From contig CM119373.1 in the NCBI GenBank assembly GCA_051294905.1, forward strand, positions 1,428,001 to 1,492,000: a stretch of DNA of 64,000 nucleotides. The letters are read 5' to 3'. The stretch comes from Botryllus schlosseri. Lineage: Eukaryota. Under the pieces are notes generated by a model. That model did not search any database. It worked only from the letters and a program-made list of their open reading frames with translations, and had not been told where the DNA came from. Below, piece by piece: positions 12,601 through 26,800 of this stretch. The translations under genes and the position numbers were made by a program. Positions within the stretch are counted from its first letter, which is position 1. Each line of letters opens with the position of its first letter.

Positions 12601-14289
12601 GTACTAGAATTATTTGTGTAACACATACACCGACAATGCAATCGAAATTTTTTCCGTTGTCATTCGCTAAAGTAAATGTCATCACAATACTCTGTCACTA
12701 AAAGACGTTACTCGGACGTGCTTGAATTCTAGGCATAGTTCTGATTTACCCAACACAAGACCCAAGGACAACCCTAGTTTCAGTCGAACACAGATATCCA
12801 AAATATCGCACACTTCGCTATTCCTAAAGCGCAAACAGCCGATATAAAATATTACTGGTTGTGTTGTTGCGGCATCATCTTCACAATATCACCCTCAATA
12901 CAAATGATGTTTATGTGTAAAATGCTATTGATTTGAATCACACCCACCTGACGGAAGAGGATTTACTCAATCTTTACAAAATGGATATTGACCAACATCA
13001 CATCGCCGGATTGTATCTGTTTTGCTGGATACGAGTTATGTTAGTTTAACAGTAAACAAATTTCACCCTCTTGGATTATGAACTCAATGCGTTAGCAGTC
13101 ATTCAATATTTTGTTTGTGTCAACTAATAGTTACGTTGTATGATACGACTGATGACCCCCGCGACTTTTCAGACCCCAATATGAAAGATATTTACATCAC
13201 ACGAAATACTCCACTCGACATTCTCACACTACGAAACTAAAGAATGGTTGGTTAGACTATACAAACTGTTTTGGTATCACAAGAACTTTTTTTACACGAA
13301 TGGTCACGCATCTAAATATTCAAATAATCCAACAGACAATTATAATACTTACAGAAATATCATAGTTCTTGTAACAAAGTTGTATGTGTACAATGTTTAT
13401 CGTAAGTCCTACACATTCATGATATCCGACCGAGTTTGACTTTTAGAAAACATTATACCGACATCGCGACATCTTTCAAAATCAAAACCATGGTCACTGC
13501 TTGAGATACCTACCATGTCATCACAGTAATCCAGTTACTTCCACAAAAGATTATGTATTCGACTTACGTTCCACAAATCTAACGCGCAAAACAATTTACT
13601 TTGCTAACGAAAAGTGCTTAGTCATCATATGGTTGTCCTCACAACAATGCAACTAAAACATACTATCATACAAAATGGTGGTTATAGTTTGCACACCAAC
13701 GGTACATCGTACAAGTAACAAGTCTCGAGAATCTGTTAATTGAAAAAAAACGTGAAAGTGTTTCTCTTGCGCCAAGTCGTTATGTTGACGAAAGCGTATA
13801 TTGTGATATCACGATCAATTTGCATTCGTTGGTCACAAACTGTCACTACTCTAAATAATTCTTTTTCACTCAAACACAAAAGCATACTTGTCACCATTCG
13901 TTTTCATCAAACACGAGTTCAAGAAACTTACTTACCACGACATGAATTGTTATTTTTATGTTGAGTAAATAGGTAATAATTAATTCAAGTAACACTATAT
14001 CAACATCATCGAGCTGTGCGAATAGATTTACAGGTGGTCTTGTGGTTTTAATCGAAGCATACAGCATGGTCTAATGTAGACTCTTCTCTCTTGTACAGCA
14101 ACTCGCTAATCGAAATGCATGCATTCACATTTGAACAACGATCTTGTTTCGTCGCACCAAAAATATGTTCACTGTCACAATACTCTGCACATAACGTGCA
14201 AATCCTTTTCACCCTCGTAATAGTATACCAACGACCACCGACGACAACGTTTAACAATACCAACGACACTGGAAACACTGAACCCACGA

Positions 14290-15140
14290 CACTTACCCAA
14301 GTAAAAATACATTTTCCTTTGGCTACATGACGCTCACCAGAGTAAAAAATATCATTATCACCTGGAGATCCACCGTTACCCGAACAACAAAACCATTTTC
14401 CTTTGGAGATCTATCGTTTACCCAGTGTAACAATACATTTTCACATGGTGATCCATCGTTTACCCTGAGCAACAAACCTTTTTCACTTGGAAATATATTT
14501 TTTCCCTGGGTAACAAACCTTTTTCACTTGGAAATATATTTTTTCCCTGAGTTACAAACCATTTTCACTTGGAAATATATTTTTTCCCTGAGCAACAAAC
14601 CCTTTTCACTTGGAAGTATATTTTTTCCTGGAGCAACAAACGTTTTTCCACTTGGAAATATATTTTTCCCTGAGTAACAACCCCTTTTCACTTGGAAATA
14701 TATTTTTACCCTGGATAACAAACCCCTTTTCACTTGGAAATCTATTTTTGCCCTGGATAACAAACCATTTTCACTGAGTACCAATACCGTTTTCACTTGG
14801 AAATATATTTTTTCTCTTGGTAACAAACCTTTTTCACTTGGAAATATACTTTTTCTCTGGTTAACAAACCTTTTTCCCTGAGAAACAAACAATTTTCACT
14901 TGGTGGTCCATCGTTTACCCGAGTAAAAATATCATTTTCTTTTGGAGATCCGGCGTTTACCCAGTGTAACAATACATTTTCACTTGGAAAAATACTTTTA
15001 CCTAGAGTAACTAATCATTTTCTCCTGGGTAACAAATCCTTTTCATCTGGAAACTATCATTTACCTGAGTACCAATACCGTTTTCACTTGGAAATCTATC
15101 TTCTCCTTGGGTAACAATATCATTTTCGTTTTGAAAACTG
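14290..15140 (+). repeat. ~40-bp minisatellite in element 1 (mirror at ~16996-17846)
   Basis: About 20 units of TTTTCACTTGGAAATATATTTTTTCCCTGAGTAACAAACC. Confidence 0.92.
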
Positions 15141-18100
15141 ATAACCACACCGGCCAATTTGATATTTTTGTATATTGTTACAACGGGCAGTGACAAAATA
15201 TACACCAACAACGGCTCCGGTACATCTGTCTAATCAAATATTCACTTGCTCTGATGCATCCCATCAAAATCATCGGTTACTCACATACAATAACAATGAG
15301 CTGTTGTACATCGACATGTATGTTTTCGGAATTGGTGAATAAAGAGGTTTCCGATATGTCCGTGATGTCCGGGTTCGTGCTTTGGATTTTCCAGAGTCAA
15401 AATGTCTGAATAAAACACCTCCTCGACTTTGGTAACTGGTTGATACACGGATAATGGCGTTTGGAAAACGGATGAATTTATGTTCCCCATCGCGCTAACA
15501 ACTCCGAGTTACTTGTGAGTTTCCTCAGGTCTGTTTACTATATTGTGTCTTTACTGATCAATACATGTCGCTCCAGTCAGCTGAAACCGGATCACTAATA
15601 TGAGAAAGTGTGCGGGGGCCTGATCCGGATATTCACTCATGAACCAACGAGCAATATTCAAGTAAACATGCTACAGACCGTGTTTTGTCTCCATGAAAAA
15701 TACCAATGCATACACCACCACATACAAGTAACGTCACGATTGTTCACAAGTATTCGCGTAAACGAGGTATACATACAATGTGTCGGTGTACAAACATCAT
15801 GGAAAACAAATTCATGTTCTCAAGTCTCATCATGCGACGACTCTGTACATTCAATGTGGGTATAGATGACACACGGCATGATACAACGGACAGTGCGTTA
15901 TGCATACCGATATATTCTCAGTCAAATATGCGAACCATACACAACCATATACCCCGATTTTCGCTGAATATCCACAACACCAACAAATCTGTACATTTCT
16001 TTTCCCTCAACCTTGACGATAGAGTTGACCTCCCAATGTACCAATCGAGTGTATGGTTCATCAGGTGTAAAATCCAAATCAAATGTCACCAAGGTATCGT
16101 TTTTCATTTTTAATATTTCCACTGCCGCATCTTGTCTGTGTCGTAAAACCACGGCGTGGGGCCAGAGGAATCTATGGACAGTTACGCGTAGTCCCATATT
16201 TACTCGTGGATATGGTTAGGTTATGACGACGTTTTCTCAATGGTCTGTGTGGGTGCACCGTTTCAATACGTAGCTGGATCAACTAGATCAAAAGTTTCCA
16301 ACCGTGTTTTATAACGACCTGTAGAATTACGAGATAGCACCCTCTTGCGGTGTGATTAACACGAAATAAACCTTCAACTCGCAGAGACACACCTTGGATT
16401 ACATTATCTAATCGTAATCGAACTCGAGATTCACACACACACACAGAGTCCCTGTTTACGATTTCAATCCGGAGTCACTGCTCACGATGTTTATCTGTAG
16501 TCCGGATCCGGATCAGGCCCCCGCACACTTTCTCATATTAGTGATCCGGTTTCAGCTGACTGGAGCGACATGTATTGATCAGTAAAGACACAATATAGTA
16601 AACAGACCTGAGGAAACTCACAAGTAACCCGGAGTTGTTAGCGCGATGGGGAACATAAATTCATCCGTTTTCCAAACGCCATTATCCGTCTATCAACCAG
16701 TTACCAAAGTCGAGGAGGTGTTTTATTCAGACATTTTGACTCTGGAAAATCCAAAGCACGAACCCGGACATCACGGACATATCGGAAACCTCTTTATTCA
16801 CCAATTCCGAAAACATACATGTCGATGTACAACAGCTCATTGTTATTGTATGTGAGTAACCGATGATTTTGATGGGATGCATCAGAGCAAGTGAATATTT
16901 GATTAGACAAATGTACCGGAGCCGTTGTTGGTGTATATTTTGTCACTGCCCGTTGTAACAATATACAAAAATATCAAATTGGCCGGTGTGGTTATCAGTT
17001 TTCAAAACGAAAATGATATTGTTACCCAAGGAGAAGATAGATTTCCAAGTGAAAATGGTATTGGTACTCAGGTAAATGATAGTTTCCAGATGAAAAGGGT
17101 TTGTTACCCAGGAGAAAATGATTAGTTACTCTAGGTAAAAGTATTTTTCCAAGTGAAAATGTATTGTTACACTGGGTAAACGCCGGATCTCCAAAAGAAA
17201 ATGATATTTTTACTCGGGTAAACGATGGACCACCAAGTGAAAATGGTTTGTTTCTCAGGGAAAAAGGTTTGTTAACCAGAGAAAAAGTATATTTCCAAGT
17301 GAAAAAGGTTTGTTACCAAGAGAAAAAATATATTTCCAAGTGAAAACGGTATTGGTACTCAGTGAAAATGGTTTGTTATCCAGGGCAAAAATAGATTTCC
17401 AAGTGAAAAGGGGTTTGTTATCCAGGGTAAAAATATATTTCCAAGTGAAAAGGGGTTGTTACTCAGGGAAAAATATAGTTCCAAGTGGAAAAAGGTTTGT
17501 TGCTCCAGGAAAAAATATACTTCCAAGTGAAAAGGGTTTGTTGCTCAGGGAAAAAATATATTTCCAAGTGAAAATGGTTTGTAACTCAGGGAAAAAATAT
17601 ATTTCCAAGTGAAAAAGGTTTGTTACCCAGGGAAAAAATATATTTCCAAGTGAAAAAGGTTTGTTGCTCAGGGTAAACGATGGATCACCATGTGAAAATG
17701 TATTGTTACACTGGGTAAACGATAGATCTCCAAAGGAAAATGGTTTTGTTGTTCGGGTAACGGTGGATCTCCAGGTGATAATGATATTTTTTACTCTGGT
17801 GAGCGTCATGTAGCCAAAGGAAAATGTATTTTTACTTGGGTAAGTGTCGTGGGTTCAGTGTTTCCAGTGTCGTTGGTATTGTTAAACGTTGTCGTCGGTG
17901 GTCGTTGGTATACTATTACGAGGGTGAAAAGGATTTGCACGTCTTGTGCAGAGTATTGTGACAGTGAACATATTTTTGGTGCGACGAAACAAGATCGTTG
18001 TTCAAATGTGAATGCATGCATTTCGATTAGCGAGTTGCTGTACAAGAGAGAAGAGTCTACATTAGACCATGCTGTATGCTTCGATTAAAACCACAAGACC

Positions 18101-21100
18101 ACCTGTAAATCTATTCGCACAGCTCGATGATGTTGATATAGTGTTACTTGAATTAATTATTACCTATTTACTCAACATAAAAATAACAATTCATGTCCTG
18201 GTAAGTAAGTTTCTTGAACTCGTGTTTGATGAAAACGAATGGTGACAAGTATGCTTTTGTGTTTGAGTGAAAAAGAATTATTTAGAGTAGTGACAGTTTG
18301 TGACCAACGAATGCAAATTGATCGTGATATCACAATATACGATTTCGTCAACATAACGACTTGGCGCAAGAGAAACACTTTCACGTTTTTTTTCAATTAA
18401 CAGATTCTCGAGACTTGTTACTTGCACGATGTACCGTTGGTGTGCAAACTATAACCACCATTTTGTATGATAGTATGTTTTAGTTGCATTGTTGTGAGGA
18501 CAACCATATGATGACTAAGCACTTTTCGTTAGCAAAGTAAATTGTTTTGCGCGTTAGATTTGTGGAACGTAAGTCGAATACATGATCTTTTGTGGAAGTA
18601 ACTGGATTACTGTGATGACATGGTAGGTATCTCAAGCAGTGACCATGGTTTTGATTTTGAAAGATGTCGCGATGTCGGTATAATGTTTTCTAAAAGTCAA
18701 ACTCGGTCGGATATCATGAATGTGTAGGACTTACGATAAACATTGTACACATACAAATTTGTTACAAGAACTATGATATTTCTGTAAGTATTATAATTGT
18801 CTGTTGGATTATTTGAATATTTAGATGCGTGACCATTCGTGTAAAAAAAGTTCTTGTGATACCAAAACAGTTTGTATAGTCTAACCAACCATTCTTTAGT
18901 TTCGTAGAGTGAGAATGTCGAGTGGAGTATTTCGTGTGATGTAAATATCTTTCATATTGGGGTCTGAAAAAGTCGCGGGGGTCATCAGTCGTATCATACA
19001 ACGTAACTATTAGTTGACACAAACAAAATATTGAATGACTGCTAACGCATTGAGTTCATAATCCAAGAGGGTGAAATTTGTTTACTGTTAAACTAACATA
19101 ACTCGTATCCTGCAAAACAGATACAATCCGGCGATGTGATGTTGGTCAATATCCATTTTGTAAAGATTGAGTAAATCCTCTTCCGTCAGGTGGGTGTGAT
19201 TCAAATCAATAGCATTTTACACATAAACATCATTTGTATTGAGGGTGATATTGTGAAGATGATGCCGCAACAACACAACCAGTAATATTTTATATCGGCT
19301 GTTTGCGCTTTAGGAATAGCGAAGTGTGCGATATTTTGGATATCTGTGTTCGACTGAAACTAGGGTTGTCCTTGGGTCTTGTGTTGGGTAAATCAGAACT
19401 ATGCCTAGAATTCAAGCACGTCCGAGTAACGTCTTTTAGTGACAGAGTATTGTGATGACATTTACTTTAGCGAATGACAACGGAAAAAATTTCGATTGCA
19501 TTGTCGGTGTATGTGTTACACAAATAATTCTAGTACACCTAACTATAGGGTACATTTGCCAAACATCGTACAAATTGTTTCTTTGTTATGGTAACGACTT
19601 TCAGCGGCTTGGTTTCATGTCGGGAATTATTATTTGAGTGTTCAAAAACAATTTCAATCAATACTACAAATGAACAACGATACAAAACACGTTTAGTGAT
19701 AGCAAGTACTTCCTTGATATTACGATTGTTGTGCACTAGACATTTCTAGCTGAATTGAATGCATCCAGCAAACATATTCCAATTTACTTTTGTAATGATC
19801 AAAGTCTTAGAGTGCAACCTCGTGATATTTTACATTTAGCACGTTCTATAGAAAGTGTGAACGGAGTTGACTATTAATCGTATACTTGGGATAATGCTTT
19901 GATATCAAAGATATATTTTCACACTGTGTAATGTTTCGATTCTCTGTTGTGAATACCACCAGTAACGACGTTGATGTTAAATCCTCACCCGTGGTTATTG
20001 TAAGTGAATCCTAAACATCGCAACAGTCGGTATGGAAATCGAACGCGTGCGTACTTTTAGATAGGTGACACTAACAAGTTTATTACATCCGTGAAATACT
20101 CTGAAACGTCGATTCGTGATTGTGTTAGCTATATTCATCTTCCATATCTGTGGACACAAAGATATCTTGACTTTGGTTACAACTCACTCGAAACGAATTG
20201 TCGCGGGCAATCTAAAAAAGCACAAGTCGAAGACGAATGGTTTGATTTCAATGAACTAAAAAAGTCCTTTTGTTTTGATGTTGGGTTTAATACAATTTGT
20301 ACGACTATAACGAATCCGATTCCAAAAGTGCTATGTTACATTTAACAAAAAGTTTGATGACTTGTATTCTGATATTGATAGATGTGAAAAGTAATATGAC
20401 TAGTTTATAAAATCCCGATCATGTTCTTTGTCATGTCTGTGTTCAACAAATATGTGATCAAGTCTTACCATTCCATATTAACTTTCGCAGTCGGTGTAAT
20501 TTGTTGAAGTAACAATACCGACGAGTTCAATAATATTCTCCATCGATGTATTCGAATAATCTGTCAGCTATACGTGGATTAAAAACTTGATGCCGTTTTG
20601 TGGTTAACTCAAGTCAGTGGTCGAGTTTGTGTTGATTTCAGGAATGATCATGACGTGTGGGCAGGGTAAATTAGTTTATGTGGTTGTAACTACGACCGTA
20701 AAGAGTTGCTGACATTCCAATAAGACGAGTTGGTGGTATATGCCTAAAACCGAACTTGATATGTTTGTTGGTTGTAGTGATTACTTGCGTAGTCTTGTCT
20801 ACTTTTCGTAAGGATACTTTTTGTTTTGGTTGGGTAAGTTACAAACGGATTGACTTGACAAGGTTTTTTGTATTTTACTCTTTTGTGTATGGGAAGATGT
20901 TGAAATGTTGAGACGTAATACTATTTCCGTTCACTCGATTGCAACAAAAAATAACATGATAGTTTGTTCAAGGTTTCGACAAATAGATTGAAATATTCCG
21001 ATTTAACTCATCGCGTCACAAGTCGATCGTGGTTGTCAAGTTAGAAATATTTACAACAGGTGCTATTTCATTGATTGATTCTATTGTGTGTAGTAAGACA

Positions 21101-23553
21101 TTAAAATATCGCGATAGTATTTGCTGAAACTCTATTTGATAAACGGAAAACTCAGTCGTGAATAGAGTTGTAATTTTCAAGGATTGTTTCAAAGTATGAT
21201 CTTGAAATGTGACTGGATCAAAGTTGGTAGTCATGTTTGTCAAAGTCCAAATATTTCATTTTGGATTATCTGGATTTACCTTTAGTACATCCCGCGAATG
21301 GATTCCGATGCGGTACTATAACATTTTTGATAATAATGACTCAAGGATTTCCAATCAACAATACTGGAATTTTTTGGTAATGCTAGAGTTGCCAAATGAT
21401 TAGTTGCGTGTTTTTGTTAAGTGTTTGATTTCAAGTTAATAAAGACAATAACTGTGTAATGCACATACTTGTGATTCTTGATTCTTGTATTGATTCTATA
21501 AGTGTGAAACAGTGGTGCGGAATGTGCGAATAATTCGATGCGGCTGAAAGTCGGCGTCAGTAATATTCGGGTTACGGTCGATTCAACAAAAACGCGTTAA
21601 GGGATTTGTCAAAGGATTAGAGTTGTACCGATTTAAAACATTCAGATACGAATCGACTTGATTTGTGTAGTGAGTTTCATTTCAAGTTGACAAACTAACA
21701 CATTGATTGAATATTTTCATGGATCTTATCACGCAACTAAAGTCAGCCACTATTCTGGAGGTGTGAAACATATAGCGATCGCGGGCGAGTGACAAATTGT
21801 TGGTTTTCGAATCACCGCCTGCGACGGTTCTGGGACAAACTAATTACCGAATATTACCTTGTGAGCGTCTGAAGCATTATCCGGTGAGTGGTCGTCGGAT
21901 TTTAAAATTATATCACACCCCTTTGAATAAGCGTTCACTTCACAAAGGATAAGGGTTGGAGCGGAAATAAGTGACAATTTGTCGCTATTCAAGTTACCGA
22001 CACTGGCGGTCTGTTATTCGTTACTTATTAAATCTTACGAGTGAAATCAAGCTCTGTGCCAAACTGCTTACGAAAATTTCACCGCGTGAGTGATCGATAT
22101 GCCTGTAACACCAAGTCACTAAAGATGGTTATGTCCGAGACATTATCTTGTGGGCGATCGCGGAGTTTTGCAAACTATTTCACACATTTTTGAAGTGTTA
22201 GTTTGTGAGCGTGGTTATTGTTGATATTCGAATTGCCGTCTACGCCGGCTCTGTGGTAATCTAATTACCCAAACATTACCTTGCAAGTGATTCCTAGACT
22301 TAGCAAACTATTTCACACCTTTTTTGCTGAAAGTACGACATGCCACCCGCAGTCTATAAACGAAAGTACGAATCATCGCCGTGCCCATAAGAATAACGAT
22401 ATATCATTGTCGTACTCGCCGTAATTTGGAATATACACATTACCTAAGGACCAATCACATGACTATTTACTTGATACATATTCAACACGAAGTACGACAT
22501 GCCAACAACGAAGCCGCGTGCGAGCTATCCCGCATCCATAAGACACAATAGCCGCATGTCGCCCCGCCATAAGACACAATAGCCGCTCACGACCACCGCC
22601 ATAAGACATAAAAGCCGCTCACCACCCCCGGTTTTCCAGCCGCTCACGACCCCCGCCATAAGAAATAAGAGCCGCTCACCACCCCCGCCATAAGACACAA
22701 TAGCCGCTCACCACCCCGCCATAAGGTATAAGGAGCCGCTCACCACCCCCGGTTTTCCAGCCGCTCACCACCCCGCCATAAGAGCCCCACGCACCTCACG
22801 ACCGATCATACTAACTACTAGTGTCGCGCTCTTTACGAAAATACAAATTAAAATGTGGTCAGGGCAATGGAACAACTCCCAAGTAGCCGTAAAACTCGAT
22901 TCATCTGAACAATTGGAGCGCAGTATGACAATGAACAAGAAAATGGCTGATTCCATCGCGCGATTTTCTGACTTTGACGGCAATTTCAGGGGGATTCCAT
23001 TTCCCTGGCCAGATTTCAATCTCCATTTTTGTAATCAGTGCGACCCTAGCTTTCGATTAAGACCAGTTATATCACATTTGAGCGTTCGAATCTCCCAGAT
23101 ATAGGAATAACAATTATGCTGCAACTCCCACCGTGAAACATCGAAATATCAATCAACTGTAACCCCACCAACAAAAATTGGCGACGTCATAGTGGCACGA
23201 AATCGACGTTCAGCACATAGCATCTGTCCTGGTCGGTATATACTCCCGTGTCACAAAGTGATGTGATGTAATAAACCCCTGGCTATTAAGATATACACTC
23301 GGTCATCGAGAATCAACATTGCATGACTAGTCGTGATACATTCTGATTCGAAGGAATGTAGACCTTCATAATAAAACGTTTGTCTCCTTTGTTAGCTACA
23401 ATTCTACGGGATTGATATGTCCGATGTAAATGCAGAAGTTTTGAAGAATGAAATTTTTTCTCCGTAGTTATTGCGATCATTCCTCAATAGATAACAATTC
23501 ACAATATGAAAATGTATTTGAATGTAACATGAATCTTGCTATTCCTTATTATA

Positions 23554-23899
23554 TAGGCTTACCATATTTTGGAAATCAAAAAAGAGGACACTTTTTCAGA
23601 AATTTGCAACTTGCAAAACCGGAGTGGAATTCTCAAAATTCGGTTAATTTTTCCCACATTGTGATCGGTTGACTAAAAAAAAAAAAAAAAAAAGTCATCT
23701 TTTCGCTCAGAGCTAAATTCACCGTTTTTCAACCGTCGGAGCTTCACTTCTGTGCCAATATGTGGCATATCACTCGCAATTTGCTCTAAATCTGCTCTAA
23801 ATCCTAAAAAAGAGGACAAAATCTCAAAAAAGAGGACAAAAGGGCGTCCTCCGAGGACACTTTCAAAAAAGTCAAAAAAGAGGACGTATGGTAAGCCTA
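23554..23899. mobile_element. hAT MITE with GAGGAC subterminal repeats
   Basis: TIRs taggcttaccata / tatggtaagccta; 8-bp TSD ttattata. Confidence 0.88.
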
Positions 23900-26800
23900 T
23901 TATTATATAGTTTCGGCTTTGTAATTCATATGCATTGCATATGCATACCAATAAATAGAGAAGAGCTTTCGCGGACTGTTTCCTATAAAGTAACAATTGA
24001 TCCTATTTCTCCACAACTAAATTCCATTGGTCCAACATTTTTATTTGTCCATATTGTTATCAGGACAATCAGTGACAATAAATTGCGTGGAGCGTGAAGA
24101 AAAAATCCCAATGTGAATGAATTTTCCTGGAAATATACTCTACTTTATGCAGATGTGCGCAGTAACGTCGAACCTAATTCGTGTTTTTGCTATCAATGAG
24201 GCAATTAAGTAGTAGGATGGGATTCGTTTGTTACCGTCCAATCACAGAAGGCCACGTCGCCTTAATTGCCACGCCTACATTGCCACATCATCCGCCCATT
24301 TATTTAGAATGTAAACACTCTCATAATATAATTTGCGTCGGACTATGCCTGGTTTATGATGTCATCACAGAGGAATTAGGCGACTGCAATGCTTTGTGAA
24401 TTTCAATACCGATTTTCCATGTGTATTTAGCAATATGTATTGAATACCTTTGCGATTTTGAGCGCTGCGACTTGATAATATCAATCCCTACGCTTCTGAT
24501 GTATGATTTTTTTTTGTGTTAAGGACCTTGGTAACATTCAGAGTCTGCAACGATTGTTTGGATATACATTATAGCAATACCCCACCAAACTATAGGCGGT
24601 TATATTACTCTATTGGCCAGAGATAACTCATCCGTCCATATTTTTAAACTTGATTTTATGTATACAAGTTACGGTCTCTGCAGCCTCAACATTTTACGAC
24701 TTATTTTCATTAGACGCAGGCAAGCGGTTCTCCAGTTCGGAGCTACGAAAACAAGTCACTTGCATGTGCGCGTTCCGAATAGTCTTGTAGAATTTTCTAA
24801 AGCCGTAACAGCTAAGTAGCATATACGCGAATCCCAAGGCGAAAATAATCGAACAATAATTTTCTAAAGTCGTAACAGCTCAGTAGCATATACGCGAATC
24901 CCAAGCGAAAATAATCGAACGAACTATAGCCGCAGGCGTGCGATTCGCGGGACTTTAATTATACAAACACTTCCGATGCCTGTACGTGAACCCCGGCGTT
25001 ATAACGATTAGATCTAATTAGCGCGTTCTGAAGCCGTAAATTTAGTCAACATCATTGAGATAACCCTGATTTAAAGATGATGATCGAGTGTGACAATAGC
25101 ACTCGTCAAGGTTATACTAACATACCCTTAAACTACTCTCTACTTCACAAAATATAAAGTTAACGATTCCTAACTCGCAGTTACGAAGCAAAAGTCGATA
25201 TTGCTTTGTGATGATTTTGATGTTGTTCCATACCGATTGGGAAGATAGCACACCTAATTTCGTAACTAACTACATAATCCCTAGTAACGTAGTAAGACGC
25301 ATAACGGAATTTACGCAAAATCGGTATTGCTCTGCGATAATTTTGATCACTATGTTTTGATAATGACTTGCTTCCAAGAAATAAATCACATTCATTATAC
25401 GTTAGATGATACTTTTCCTTGATATTCTATCATGTGTATTTAGGACTAATGCGACATCACTATGTTTACGGCAGGTCTGATTTGAACACACTAATTTTGC
25501 GTATCACACCACAAACTGCGAGAGCCTTCAAAGTTGATAAGTAAACAAGTATTTGCACTCCATCATAATACTAAAGTAGCTTTTCGCGTATTTGTACCTA
25601 ATACTAAAGTGTTTATGATTTCAAATTGCTTCAACTTCATGACATTTTCAGTATTAAACAGAAATATAGACCTAGAATACTAACTTTTATTCGTAAATAG
25701 CTACTTCCTATACCTTAATTTAATGGATTTATCTGAGATCATTCCTTTACTTAATCTCTCCAAAATGTGCATTATACAAGTACGTCACCATCGAAACCCT
25801 CTCGCTATAACTATCTGGCAGTATAATTGCATTTAAGACATTATGGCAATGTACCATGTCAAATTTTGTTACGCATTTCATGATTAAACAACTTTAAAAC
25901 CAACGTAGTTCTATACCGACATTTGCGTGAATCTGTTTTGCGGGAGCGTAGCACATACCTATGCGTAGTCAACTTTAATGGCGGAATTACAGATGCAATT
26001 AAGTTTCAACACTTTTACAACGATTCTTGCTTCCTATAACTTCCCACTCGAGGCCCTCGTTATTAGACTATGATCTCAGCCTGAGCTATGTCTTGAAGCC
26101 TACGGGACTCTGCTAATTGTTTCGATTTATTCTGCCCGTTTTAATTTAAGACAAGGAAGCCCATTTCACTCAATGTATCGATGCCTACGGTACTCTACAA
26201 AATTTCTTGAATAATTCTCCCTATGTTAATTTACGATAAGAAAGACAATTTGACTCCTGAAGTCCGAAATACTTGTTCGCTTGAGCTCAGCCGCAGCGCC
26301 TGGAGTGGAATTTTATAGTTCTTGTAAAAAGTTGTTTGTGCACAATATATGTTTAAGGTAGGTCCTACGCATTCATGATTTAGTCCGAGTTTGTATTTTA
26401 GTACTACAATTTTATCGCGGAGCGCAACAAGATAAATCGTATGAATTTGTAAACTACTTATTCATGACATAGTAATAATTCTACTTGTGTACTTTTTCAT
26501 ATTTTGCAGCAATTTTAGTAGTACTTAAATAAAATTCGGAATATAAACTAATCGAAAAATTCGGTAACCAATTTCGCATAGGCTATGCATACAAATGAGG
26601 AAAGTTACATCAACGCGTGTTAACTAATTGAATTATGTAGCTTGTAATTCATGCAAGTTTCGAAACTTCTACACTGAATCCTTTAAAGTAGATAGAATCG
26701 AAAAAACTAATCGAAAATATTCACGAAGTTTGGATGCGACATATTTGGGTTTTTTAAAATCATTCATACCCATGATTCGAAATACTTTAACTAACTTATG

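Larger units (their letters stand above)
9317..22819. mobile_element. Giant palindromic non-autonomous Polinton/Maverick-like element 1 (arms 9317-15630 and 16506-22819; spacer 15631-16505)
   Basis: Termini AGTAGTTAGTATG / CATACTAACTACT; 6-bp TSD AGTGTC at 9311-9316 and 22820-22825; mirrored ORF track confirms near-identical arms; no long ORF. Confidence 0.88.

Noticed and set aside
14290..15140. CRISPR-like array or repeat-protein ORFs (14327-14892, 17310-17809)
   Set aside because: Contiguous 40-bp tandem units with no unique spacers, eukaryotic context and no cas genes; the ORFs are by-products of the minisatellite.
23396..23467. Candidate exon after tctcctttgttag (LQFYGIDMSDVNAEVLKNEIFSP*)
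   Set aside because: Good acceptor, but short, stop-terminated and without a convincing in-phase donor.
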